Below are positions 54,386 through 63,220 of a stretch of DNA of 64,000 nucleotides, piece by piece. Made by a program: the position numbers and the translations under genes. Where the stretch lies: positions 62,001 through 126,000 of the IMG/VR virus record IMGVR_UViG_3300045135_002615, one strand, 5' to 3'. The notes beneath the pieces are model-generated. The model had not been told where the DNA came from. It did no database searches and saw only the letters and a program-made list of their open reading frames with translations. Within the stretch, counting starts at the first letter, position 1; each line of letters begins with the position of its first letter.

Positions 54386-55810
54386 ATGGATACACTAGTT
54401 AAGCTTGCCACCTTAGAAGAGAGATTTGGGTTAGAGAGCAAGGGGGGTTCTTTAGAAGCCAGGATAGCGAGTCTTGAGAGTTTTGCCGTAACTAAGTTAG
54501 CGGGGCGTGTTGCGATAGAGGTGGGGAAGAAGGTTCCGAGTGAGGTGCAAGGTGTTTTGGGGAAGGGTTTAAGGGATGAGTTTGGTGTGAGTAGCTTAGA
54601 TGGTTTAGCATCTAATCTAGAAGCAATCCGCATTGGCTTACAGGACTCTAAGAACAAAGAGGTAGCGGACTATGTGAGGAAGCAGAGTAATACTTTAAGG
54701 GGTCAGGTAGAGCTATTACTTGAGTTGAAGAGTTCGGACAGGGTGGGCAGTTTTAAGAACTATTTCTTTGGTTTCTCAATACCTTTAGTGATCATGCTTT
54801 TGGTCATGTCGTTGTTTTCTCAGATGACGTTCTTCCAGTTGCTTTTAAGTTTTGGGGGTCACATTGTAGAGAACTTTTTTGTGATCGTAGTGGGTGGGGT
54901 ATGTGTGGTAAAGGTAGCTCAGTTCTTAATGTGGGTCTCGGACAAGATCGAAAAGTTTGAAAAGGCTGTCTTTGGATTTTGGAAGCCAAAACCAAAGAAG
55001 AAGAGGAGGAGGAGGAGGGCTACCAAAGAGGCGAGGGCGTTAGAGACCTTGAACAAGGTGGTGGAGTTCTTACCGTTGGTGAGCCGTTTGAAGGGAGCGG
55101 GTAAGGAGCTTTTACGTTTAGTGGGTAGTTCATTTCAGGACTTGGTGAGCACGTTTGAGCTAATGGTAAGGAAGGACAAGTGGAAGATACTTGAGGCGTT
55201 GAAGAAGAACTTTGACTCTCAGATGTCGAATGCTTTTCAGACATTTACGTCAGTGAAGGAGCCTCCGAAGTTGAAGGAGATAAACTTTGAGAAGCTTTTA
55301 GACTCGGTGTATGAGCATAAGGGGGAGAAGTTCAAGTTGAGGGAGTTATTGGAGGCGGATTCGATAGTGGGTCAGGGGGCATATACGACGTACAATAGTT
55401 GGGTAATGGAGTACGGGTATATCTTAGATCATGCTTTGGGTCGTCCTGCGAAGATGACGGGTAAGCAAGAGAGGGATTTATTAAAGAAGGGTGCGAGTGC
55501 TTTGAAGAGAGCATCGAACACATTCTACAGGTTCTTAGGTTTATGGTTGAAGGCAACTTCGCAGTCGGCGTTGGTGACTTCATTGTGGGTATCCGTAACG
55601 GCGATGTCATTAGCTTATGGTGGGAAGGTCATATTAAGGAAGCTGGTAGACATGTTTAACTCAAAGGTGACGGAGGAGATTAAGGAAGACAAGGGTGGTC
55701 CGATGTCTGAGTTATTCACGCCATCAAGAGTAGCGAGTAGGGGAGGTCATACGTTAGTGTTAGTGAATGAGTATCTTGAGTGTTTGAACTACATAGAGGG
55801 TAGGGTCTAG
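54386..55810 (+). CDS. Membrane protein with doubled RhxxhE leader variant
   Basis: KLATLEERFG...KGGSLEARIASLE; hydrophobic segments; late motif at 54327-54339. Confidence 0.75.
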   Translation: MDTLVKLATLEERFGLESKGGSLEARIASLESFAVTKLAGRVAIEVGKKVPSEVQGVLGKGLRDEFGVSSLDGLASNLEAIRIGLQDSKNKEVADYVRKQSNTLRGQVELLLELKSSDRVGSFKNYFFGFSIPLVIMLLVMSLFSQMTFFQLLLSFGGHIVENFFVIVVGGVCVVKVAQFLMWVSDKIEKFEKAVFGFWKPKPKKKRRRRRATKEARALETLNKVVEFLPLVSRLKGAGKELLRLVGSSFQDLVSTFELMVRKDKWKILEALKKNFDSQMSNAFQTFTSVKEPPKLKEINFEKLLDSVYEHKGEKFKLRELLEADSIVGQGAYTTYNSWVMEYGYILDHALGRPAKMTGKQERDLLKKGASALKRASNTFYRFLGLWLKATSQSALVTSLWVSVTAMSLAYGGKVILRKLVDMFNSKVTEEIKEDKGGPMSELFTPSRVASRGGHTLVLVNEYLECLNYIEGRV

Positions 55811-55812
55811 GT

Positions 55813-56880
55813 TTATCTTTTCTTCTTGTTTGAGGGCTTCTTCTTGGTCGAGGGCTTCTTTGGAGTATTCTTTTTGAGCTCTTTAGGGATAGCTTTAACT
55901 ACGGGGTCTTGTGTTCCGAGTTGGGTTTCAGCTTGGACTACCGCACCATCTACGAGCATTTGTGGTCCAGAGAGCATCTTGTATAGCCCTTTGCCGATCA
56001 TATGCAAAAACTTAAGGACCATCTTAAGAGGTGTTTCCACGAAGAGCTTACCGGGTAGTCGTTGAGTTTTGAACACACCCCATGAGATAAGCATGAGGAC
56101 ATAGTAAATGACGACAGCAACACCTAAGAATTTCAGGGTTGTGAAAAAGGAGATATGACCTCCGAGCCAACCAAGAAGTGTCATGATTGCGGAACCTATA
56201 GCGTTAATAGCAGTGAACAAACCTCCCCACGCCAAACCTACCGCCTTAGCCATTCCAATATATGCCGCATTGGAAGTGATTGATGTGGGTAGTATGAAGT
56301 TAAAGAGCCACCCTGCTCCCACACCAATGTAATAAACAATTTGTGTGGCAATCCATCCGGACCACCCAAGTGCCGAAACCATATATGCCCATAGGATGTT
56401 AGAGGACTTCTCCATAGAGCCTGTCTTCATAAACTCAGGCATCACCCCTGTCTTATTGACCCACAGTGATTTATCATCGCGGACGTACCATAGTAGAACA
56501 ACGGTCATCGTTTCGGGGGCGACATCTACAATCTTCGCCATCTCTTCAATTTTCTTATTCTTGAAGGCTACTTGGAACGAACCTACGATGTTGCTCGCCT
56601 CTTCGGGTGTTTTTACTTTTGAGAGCCTATCACTCAACATCTTCTGTATAGGGTCGTCTCGATCAACCTTAGCTTTGGTCATTTGAGAGAGGCTCATTTT
56701 ATGAGAAGAGAAGAGGTCTTGGATGCCTTTGAGGGCGGTCCCCGAAATACCTTTTCTTATCTTTAGTGCTTCATTAACAACGACAGCCTTAGTGACCTTC
56801 TCCTTAAGATCATCAACTATGCCTGCTCGCTTTTGCATCTTAGCGAGATGTAGACTTGCGACACGTTTTGAGTTAGCCAT
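55813..56880 (-). CDS. Multi-TM protein with leader variant MANSKRVASLHLAKMQKRAG
   Basis: GAGGAG SD; long hydrophobic region after KTGS. Confidence 0.75.
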   Translation of the reverse strand: MANSKRVASLHLAKMQKRAGIVDDLKEKVTKAVVVNEALKIRKGISGTALKGIQDLFSSHKMSLSQMTKAKVDRDDPIQKMLSDRLSKVKTPEEASNIVGSFQVAFKNKKIEEMAKIVDVAPETMTVVLLWYVRDDKSLWVNKTGVMPEFMKTGSMEKSSNILWAYMVSALGWSGWIATQIVYYIGVGAGWLFNFILPTSITSNAAYIGMAKAVGLAWGGLFTAINAIGSAIMTLLGWLGGHISFFTTLKFLGVAVVIYYVLMLISWGVFKTQRLPGKLFVETPLKMVLKFLHMIGKGLYKMLSGPQMLVDGAVVQAETQLGTQDPVVKAIPKELKKNTPKKPSTKKKPSNKKKR

Positions 56881-56920
56881 GTTCTTACTCCTCTAGATTA
56901 TGTATGACTACAGGGGTTTA

Positions 56921-56933
56921 ATAAACAATCTAT
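56921..56933. promoter_or_regulatory. Bidirectional late-promoter motif ATAAACAATCTAT
   Basis: Matches the consensus on both strands; 41 nt from ATG 56880(-) and 36 nt from ATG 56969(+). Confidence 0.65.
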
Positions 56934-56968
56934 AGCTCTCACCTACCTATACGCATGGAGGTAAGAAC

Positions 56969-57646
56969 ATGGAACATAGAATCGCATCATTAGAGAGAAG
57001 ACTTGGGGTCACACCCTCAAGAGGTGCAAGCCTTAATGTGAGACTTGCAAACCTTGAGGAGTTAGCCACTGATAAGGCATCTAATCAGATAGAGCGTATC
57101 GCTCAGAAGAAGTTGCCCACTGAGGCTAAGAGAGTGGCTCAAATCGTTTTGGGTAAAGAGATGGGCATTACAAGCTATGCGGGCTTCAAATCGAAGGCAG
57201 CACAGATTTACAAAGAGGTGCAGAAAGCTGAGACAAAGAAGATTGGGCAGAGGATCATCAGGGCACACCCGAACGATTTAAAGGCTCAGTTCCGTATGGC
57301 GATTGGTCTCAATCTCTCAGAGGGCAAGCAGGCGGGCTTTGGGAGCAACTTTGTCTTAGGGGTTACAGTTACAGCGGTGCTGTTGTATCTAGTAATGGTT
57401 GCCATTGCGGACACGATTACTGCCTTTGGTCTAATATGGCTTCTCCCTAATATTCTTGGAGAGATGTCACTCTTACTCCTTGCTGGAGGCTTGGTTTTTG
57501 GGGTGATGGGTTCCGTGTTCTCATGGCTCATCAACTTGAAAAAAAGCCGTCAAGCTTCGCTCAAGTTGATGGGTCAAGAAGTCGTGACGAGGAAGAAGTC
57601 TCTAGGTAAAGAGCTTTTAGAGACTTTATTCGATCTACTCTCATAA
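56969..57646 (+). CDS. Membrane protein, N-terminus paralogous to 54386..55810
   Basis: RIASLERRLG..SRGASL.VRLANLE; hydrophobic block between KQAG and RQAS. Confidence 0.75.
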   Translation: MEHRIASLERRLGVTPSRGASLNVRLANLEELATDKASNQIERIAQKKLPTEAKRVAQIVLGKEMGITSYAGFKSKAAQIYKEVQKAETKKIGQRIIRAHPNDLKAQFRMAIGLNLSEGKQAGFGSNFVLGVTVTAVLLYLVMVAIADTITAFGLIWLLPNILGEMSLLLLAGGLVFGVMGSVFSWLINLKKSRQASLKLMGQEVVTRKKSLGKELLETLFDLLS

Positions 57647-57663
57647 GAGAGTTTGGGGGGGGC

Positions 57664-58020
57664 TTGAGTGTGTACACGAGCATCGTAAAAGGCAAAAGGG
57701 TATGGCTTGAAAGCACGATAGGTCTGTATGAAGGAGTTGATGAAAGAAGTCGATTTGACTTGATCTCAAAAGGGCTCTTAGAGGCCAACTGTGTGTTGGA
57801 GAATGAGCTCGAAGACCCTTTACCTCCTGTGATAAGGATGAACACATACAAGATAGGCGGTAAGCTCGTGTTCTTCTTGTATCTTGTAGAGATACAGGGG
57901 TCGTTTAAATGTTGTTTTAAGGTGGGTAAGGGTGACATAAAAGTTCAAGGCGTATATCGTCTTGAGGCAGATACGATCTTCAAAGACATAAGAGAAGAGT
58001 GGAAGTCCTCATTTTCATAG
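57664..58020 (+). CDS. Hypothetical protein
   Basis: ORF fills the gap; GTG start. Confidence 0.5.
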   Translation: MSVYTSIVKGKRVWLESTIGLYEGVDERSRFDLISKGLLEANCVLENELEDPLPPVIRMNTYKIGGKLVFFLYLVEIQGSFKCCFKVGKGDIKVQGVYRLEADTIFKDIREEWKSSFS

Positions 58021-58029
58021 GCTTTTTAT
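58017..58029 (+). promoter_or_regulatory. Late-promoter motif ATA-GGCTT-TTTAT
   Basis: 34 nt upstream of ATG 58063. Confidence 0.65.
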
Positions 58030-58062
58030 AGTCAATCCGTTTGGGTGTAAAGGAGGTCTGCT

Positions 58063-58401
58063 ATGCCAGGAGACACATCAAAAATGACCGAGCTTGGCTT
58101 CAAGCTCTTGTCAGGTCTTATCATTCCTGTGGGGATCTACATCATCAATATGAGCACCAATGTTAAGTTGCTTGAACAGAAGGTAGAGACACAGGAGACA
58201 AGGATACAAGAGCTCAAAGACCATTCAGAACGAATGGTCGAGAATCTTAAAGAGTACGAGGTTAAGATCAACGCCTTCTGGCGAGCATTAGACTCCAACA
58301 ACAAAGACATCCTCTTGATCAAAGACTCAGTCAAGCTACAGAGTGAGATGGTCAAAGATGTATACGAATACATCCTCAAGCAACAAGGACGTACCCCATG
58401 A
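58063..58401 (+). CDS. N-terminal TM plus coiled-coil protein
   Basis: LLSGLIIPVGIYII then heptads; AAAGGAGG SD; late motif at 58017-58029. Confidence 0.7.
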   Translation: MPGDTSKMTELGFKLLSGLIIPVGIYIINMSTNVKLLEQKVETQETRIQELKDHSERMVENLKEYEVKINAFWRALDSNNKDILLIKDSVKLQSEMVKDVYEYILKQQGRTP

Positions 58402-58700
58402 AAAGTCTAATCGTAGTGCTAGCGAGCTCTTTTTTGTTCTATCTTGTAGCAATGGCATCGACCACTGAGAAGAAGGTCGAAGAGCCCAAAGAGAAGACGA
58501 GTACTCCACTTAAACCAAAAAGTATGACCGCGTGTGCTCCTCGCTTGGTAGAAGATACTGTCCTTTCAAACAGAGCAGAGACCTTGGGTGAACTCAAGAC
58601 AACCTCTAATGAGCTTCTAGAGGACACTATCCTTTTACACCAAGCCATCTTGGAGGGCTATCATGTCAACAACCAACACACAATCAGTAGGCAACCTTAA
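58398..58700 (+). CDS. Exported/membrane-anchored small protein
   Basis: Signal-like N-terminus; ATGA overlap. Confidence 0.6.
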   Translation: MKSLIVVLASSFLFYLVAMASTTEKKVEEPKEKTSTPLKPKSMTACAPRLVEDTVLSNRAETLGELKTTSNELLEDTILLHQAILEGYHVNNQHTISRQP

Positions 58701-58947
58701 CGAGGAAGAGACTCAAGCCATTGCTCGTCATCGTCAGATTGCGAATGAGATCCTCGGACAGATCGGTCAGATCGAGGTCCGTAAGGCTCGTCTCCTCGCA
58801 CTTGTCGAGCGTAATGAGGCTCAGGCTCAACAAGTCCTTAAGGATGTGGCAACACGCCTTGAGATCGCAGAGGGTTCTACATGGCAGGTTCAGCCTGACG
58901 GCTCTGTTGTTGTCAGTACTGAGAGTGAGACAACCACCGAGGGTTAA
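58663..58947 (+). CDS. Small coiled-coil protein
   Basis: GGAGG SD; heptads IARHRQIANEIL..IGQIEVRK..LLA. Confidence 0.65.
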   Translation: MSTTNTQSVGNLNEEETQAIARHRQIANEILGQIGQIEVRKARLLALVERNEAQAQQVLKDVATRLEIAEGSTWQVQPDGSVVVSTESETTTEG

Positions 58948-58972
58948 ACAACCAAACTCTTGAGAGTGATCT

Positions 58973-59013
58973 AAAAGAGGGGTTTCCTTGAAAGAGGCAA
59001 CTCCTCTTTTTTT
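58973..59013 (+). terminator. Probable (possibly bidirectional) terminator
   Basis: AAAAGAGG.GTT.CCT...AGG.AAC.CCTCTTTT plus T-tract. Confidence 0.7.
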
Positions 59014-59062
59014 ATCTCTTTATATTCATATTCTCATAGGACATCTATGGGAGGAAAACCTC

Positions 59063-60433
59063 ATGGCTCACGGTTGGTATGACAGACGTTCAGCGTGGCC
59101 GTTGCCACCGCAAAACACAACAGCCGTGTCCCCCTTCCTGAAAGGGGAGATAGATGTACGATGGGACGACCCTTCATTACAACATGGGAATGAAGGGTGG
59201 ATCATTAGGGGGGTTAATATCTATCGGTCATCGAACTCAGATCGAGGTCCCTATAGGAGAGTTAACATAGTCCCTGTAGGTGGCTCCTTCTATCGTGATC
59301 GAATAGCCACTTGGACTGTCCATGAAGAAGAGGTTCAACCATATCAATGGTTCTCTAAGGGAGACCATACAGAAGACCCCTATAAGTTTAAGACGAAGTA
59401 CCCCATTGCTAAGTTGAATAGCCACACCGACCCAGGTGACTCTCCCAAAGATGTGGTGGTCACTGTAGATGGTCAAACCTTCCCCGTTACAAGAGTTATA
59501 GGTCAACTAGGCGAAGTCACTCTAGCATATAGAGCAAGACCTGCTGATGAAGCCATCACGATGAGGGACGGTTTATTCCCTGAGATCACAGACACCTCTG
59601 TAGTTAAGGTAAGCTACCTTGCCTATGACATGAGTAGTCGTTTAAGGGTAGGTCCTGATAAGAGAGACTTTTATCGCGTGACTACAGTAGCGTCTGACCC
59701 TCTTACTGATAAGCTATATGAGACACCACTTGATCAATGTAAGCCTTTCTCTGATAGGGAGATAGAGCAAGTGGACTACATGTGGAGAGAGGGCATCCGT
59801 AGGAACAATTGGATACTTGAGCAAGGTGGTGAGAGAGTGAAATTATTCACCCGCCGTATTGCGGGTGAACCATGTTTCTGTACGGCTTTCAATCCTGAGA
59901 CACTTGTGAACTCAAAGCATCCAGATAGTCTTTGCAAGATATGCTTTGGTGTGGGTATCAAGGGGGGTTATGACGGACCTTTTGATATAATCATCGGACC
60001 TGATGATGCGGAGAAGAGGGTGAGCCAATCTGATCGAGGTCGAAAGAAGGAACACTCGTATGAGGTATGGATAGGACCTAGTCCTATTGTATCTCAAAGG
60101 GACTTCATAGTTAAGATGAACAATGACCGCTACTCTATTGGTGCGGTTAGATACCCCTCTAATAGAGGTAACATCTTACAGCAACACTTCAACATAGGCT
60201 ACTTAGACTCAGGGGACATCAGGTATAAGTTCCCCTTAGAGGGAGTGCCTGTCACATGGGACAAAACCCAATATGGATATTGGTCACAAAGAGACACATA
60301 CAGTGCTAGGTCTGATGCTCAATATCCTATAATAGAAGATAGAGGCTATCCTCAACAAACCCAAAAAACAACCACGAGTGATGCCCTTGAGAAGAAGGGT
60401 CGTACAGCAACGTGGGAGAACCAAAACTACTAA
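59063..60433 (+). CDS. Neck/head-closure-like protein with FN3-like N-terminus and CxC...CxxC motif
   Basis: VRWDDP...VNIYRS; GGE.VKLF.R...PCFC...CKICFG.G; closure-like barrel RYSIGAV...ILQQHFNI; GGGAGG SD. Confidence 0.6.
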   Translation: MAHGWYDRRSAWPLPPQNTTAVSPFLKGEIDVRWDDPSLQHGNEGWIIRGVNIYRSSNSDRGPYRRVNIVPVGGSFYRDRIATWTVHEEEVQPYQWFSKGDHTEDPYKFKTKYPIAKLNSHTDPGDSPKDVVVTVDGQTFPVTRVIGQLGEVTLAYRARPADEAITMRDGLFPEITDTSVVKVSYLAYDMSSRLRVGPDKRDFYRVTTVASDPLTDKLYETPLDQCKPFSDREIEQVDYMWREGIRRNNWILEQGGERVKLFTRRIAGEPCFCTAFNPETLVNSKHPDSLCKICFGVGIKGGYDGPFDIIIGPDDAEKRVSQSDRGRKKEHSYEVWIGPSPIVSQRDFIVKMNNDRYSIGAVRYPSNRGNILQQHFNIGYLDSGDIRYKFPLEGVPVTWDKTQYGYWSQRDTYSARSDAQYPIIEDRGYPQQTQKTTTSDALEKKGRTATWENQNY

Positions 60434-60445
60434 GGAGGTGCTCAC

Positions 60446-60994
60446 ATGAGCATGATTAAACGTGTCGCAGCTGCACATATGAAAAAGCCCCGCAACCTTG
60501 AGGAAGCACTACAGCCTTGGATCCCAGGAATCAAGCTAGAGAGACTTGAGGAGACTGCTACCTTTGAGATCATCTCAGGTAAAGTTGATGATGGCGAGGA
60601 GCATGAAGACACACGCTTTGATTACTCTTACGGGAGCATTAATGGGGTGCATGGGAGGGTGTACACCACTAAGCAGTCTAGCATTAATGGGAAGTTCCAC
60701 CTTTGCCTTGATCCTTCACAGGTAGGTCTGAAACTAGGGAGGATTACCCGAAAGCAATCAAACCAAGCGTTGGTCTACTTGAAGCCATACATTGATGATC
60801 TAATTGATGAGGTCTATTATGACGCGATCAGTGATGTCCTCTATGATGAAGAGTGGTACGGAGATGGTCACTATGCTTCAATGGACATTACGGGAGTATT
60901 CATAAAGAGAGGGAAGCTCTGTCTATCCTTGAAAGGCTATCTCGAAGCGTCTGAGCCTGTAGAGGTTGAAGACGATTTTGATTACTACCCATGA
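60446..60994 (+). CDS. Acidic protein with leader variant MSMIKRVAAAHMKK
   Basis: AAGGAGG SD. Confidence 0.65.
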   Translation: MSMIKRVAAAHMKKPRNLEEALQPWIPGIKLERLEETATFEIISGKVDDGEEHEDTRFDYSYGSINGVHGRVYTTKQSSINGKFHLCLDPSQVGLKLGRITRKQSNQALVYLKPYIDDLIDEVYYDAISDVLYDEEWYGDGHYASMDITGVFIKRGKLCLSLKGYLEASEPVEVEDDFDYYP

Positions 60995-61539
60995 AGTTCG
61001 ATCCACGCAAAGCCCGTAATCAGAGGTCTGCTTCTAGGGGTGAGTGGGATCTCCGTAATGTGAAGATACAGAAGAGCTTCATGGGAAACAACAACCTCAA
61101 GATTACAACTCAGCTATTGGACATCTTTGGTGAGGAGATCATCAAGGGTATTCAGTATGAAGCGGCTAAGGCTGCTCGTATCTCTAGTGCGATACCCTCT
61201 ACTCGTAAATTCATTAACTCCTTCTACTATGAGATTACGGAAAAAGGGGCATTGAAGATCACGTCAACGTGGCCGTGGGTTAAGAAGTACTTGAACCGCA
61301 AGTACGACTACCCGATGAAATGGTTGACCCGTGCTCGTGGAGCTAAGAGAGTCATCGCCCTCAGATCAAAGAACGGAAACGTAATCTTCAGGAACGCCCC
61401 TCTACAGTTAAACCAAGCATGGGTACACCCATCTGTAGCTCGGTTCGACTTCATTGAAAAAGGCATCAATAGGGGTAAGCAAAAGGCTCTTTTGAGAATA
61501 CGTCAGATGGGTGCCATGAACTTGCTTGGTAATGATTAA
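60991..61539 (+). CDS. Putative tail-completion/morphogenesis protein (HK97 gp10-like)
   Basis: Basic; helix, then ..INSFYYEI.., then WVHP..ARFDFIEKGI pattern; next to the neck gene. Confidence 0.45.
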   Translation: MKFDPRKARNQRSASRGEWDLRNVKIQKSFMGNNNLKITTQLLDIFGEEIIKGIQYEAAKAARISSAIPSTRKFINSFYYEITEKGALKITSTWPWVKKYLNRKYDYPMKWLTRARGAKRVIALRSKNGNVIFRNAPLQLNQAWVHPSVARFDFIEKGINRGKQKALLRIRQMGAMNLLGND

Positions 61540-61563
61540 GACAACCCATAACAAGGAGGTCTT

Positions 61564-61767
61564 ATGAAGACTACCGATCCGATGGAACACGTCAAGGTAC
61601 ACCTAAACAACGAGACTCCCAAGAGCACATGGTCAGACTTCTCTTTAGAAGATGAAGTCTTTAAGGGTGTTACCTTAGTTGACTCTAAGGGCAACGTGCT
61701 TCGCTTTGAGGGTGACTACACCATGACTAAGAATAAGCAAGGTGGTCTAGACATCAAGGCTTGTTAG
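61564..61767 (+). CDS. Small hypothetical protein
   Basis: AAGGAGG SD. Confidence 0.65.
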   Translation: MKTTDPMEHVKVHLNNETPKSTWSDFSLEDEVFKGVTLVDSKGNVLRFEGDYTMTKNKQGGLDIKAC

Positions 61768-61812
61768 TTTGTTTATAGCTACAGTCCACCGCTAACTGAA
61801 AGGACTATAGCT

Positions 61813-62154
61813 ATGAAGAATCTACTTACTATTGTAATCTGCCTCTCACTTGTCGCTTGTGAAGAGGAGAAGACTGAGACCACACCCTGCGGTGGCGAAG
61901 CCGTTGCAGGAACACCCGTACCTGCCGTTGTTGGTGGCGAGATTGCAGGTGTGCCCATGACATCAGGCGTTGACGCAGGTGAGGAGCCTGTGGCAGAGGG
62001 CGAGCCTGTCGCGGGTACACCTATGGGCGGTGAGGATGTCGCGGGTGTTGAGGCTGACATGATGGCAGGTGAGCCTGTTGAAGCTGACATGGGTGCTGAA
62101 GGTGGTATGCCTGTTGAGGCGGACATGGAGATGATTGGTGGTGTCGAAGGTTAA
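61813..62154 (+). CDS. Lipoprotein with acidic G/A/E/P/M low-complexity repeats
   Basis: Signal MKNLLTIVICLS plus lipobox LVA-C; AGEPV/VEADM repeats. Confidence 0.75.
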   Translation: MKNLLTIVICLSLVACEEEKTETTPCGGEAVAGTPVPAVVGGEIAGVPMTSGVDAGEEPVAEGEPVAGTPMGGEDVAGVEADMMAGEPVEADMGAEGGMPVEADMEMIGGVEG

Positions 62155-62175
62155 TGGTTTTTCTATAATGGGAGT

Positions 62176-62625
62176 ATGACACACACAAGGAGTACTCCCA
62201 TTATGATTAACCGATACGCTAATTTCCCTTCAACAGGCATCGCCGTCTACCCTGGACAAGCAGATTTGAAGGGTATGTTGATCAGATTAAAGACAGACCA
62301 CATCCATCAGGTCTATCGAAGACTCGATATACCTGGTGGGGGATATGAAGAGAAGCTCGTGACACTCCATCTTAAGAGAGGTACTACCTTAAGGGTCTCC
62401 CAACTTAATATATATGGGTTCATCTTTGAGATAGAAGCCGCCAAATACGGTCATCTACATACGGCAGAGGGAGTTACTCGCTTCCGTATAAGCACAACCA
62501 TGCGAGATAAGATGGGGAGGGATGCGATTTGGGTTTGGACCCCCTTCAGCATTTTTTATGCTGACGTGAAGATTGACCAACGCTTCATCAAGATCTTAAA
62601 AGATCACCATTCACGCCTTCAGTGA
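62176..62625 (+). CDS. Hypothetical protein
   Basis: ORF with SD-like GGAG (start uncertain). Confidence 0.55.
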   Translation: MTHTRSTPIMINRYANFPSTGIAVYPGQADLKGMLIRLKTDHIHQVYRRLDIPGGGYEEKLVTLHLKRGTTLRVSQLNIYGFIFEIEAAKYGHLHTAEGVTRFRISTTMRDKMGRDAIWVWTPFSIFYADVKIDQRFIKILKDHHSRLQ

Positions 62626-63099
62626 TTAGCGGTTATCCCCACTACCGCCAATCACACCACGAGCCTTGCGGTCTAAGAGCTTGTCCATATTGTCCTCTGC
62701 GATCTGAGAGAGACTAAGACCAAGCTCATCTGCAAGGCGAGCAAGATACCAAAGCACATCACCCATCTCAGATGCCATCATCTGAACCCACTCCTCAGAT
62801 GGATTATTAGGGTCTGCATCTCGGATGAGCTTCTTGAGCTTACCTGCTACCTCACCTGCCTCGGATGTAAGACCGAGAGTGAGGTACTCAACAGCCTTGT
62901 CCTTTGGGTACTTGGCAGTTTGAGCTGTTGCCTCTTGATACTCACGAAAGGACTCGTCTGAGTAATGATCCCAACCTTGAGCATTGATGAAGTCCTCAAC
63001 ATTGTCCTCACCGACTAAGTGAATGAGTTCATCATGTGTCACCACTACGAGGACAATGTCACCATTCACCTCTTCGTACCTAGAATACTTCTTACTCAT
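62626..63099 (-). CDS. mazG: MazG-like NTP pyrophosphohydrolase
   Basis: LGLTSEAGEVAGKLKK...EMGDVLWYLARLA...NMDKL; start moved to 63099 (GGAG SD). Confidence 0.9.
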   Translation of the reverse strand: MSKKYSRYEEVNGDIVLVVVTHDELIHLVGEDNVEDFINAQGWDHYSDESFREYQEATAQTAKYPKDKAVEYLTLGLTSEAGEVAGKLKKLIRDADPNNPSEEWVQMMASEMGDVLWYLARLADELGLSLSQIAEDNMDKLLDRKARGVIGGSGDNR

Positions 63100-63220
63100 C
63101 GTTAGACTCCAAGTATTGAGCTGACCAATCATGGAGGGCATTGCCCCATGCTCTTGGAAGGAAAGGCATGAGGGGATGAGCTACGCAGTTATGCAAGACA
63201 GAGCCGAGCCAAGACTTCAT
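63092..63220 (-). CDS. 42-aa protein not in the ORF track (MKSWLGSVLHNCVAHPLMPF...LHDWS)
   Basis: ATGA overlap with the upstream stop; overlaps the mazG start; fills the gap exactly. Confidence 0.65.
   Translation of the reverse strand: MKSWLGSVLHNCVAHPLMPFLPRAWGNALHDWSAQYLESNDE

Noticed and set aside
58063-58947. Lysis cassette (holin/spanin)
   Set aside because: TM and coiled-coil proteins are present, but there is no endolysin motif and no lipobox in 58398; unsupported
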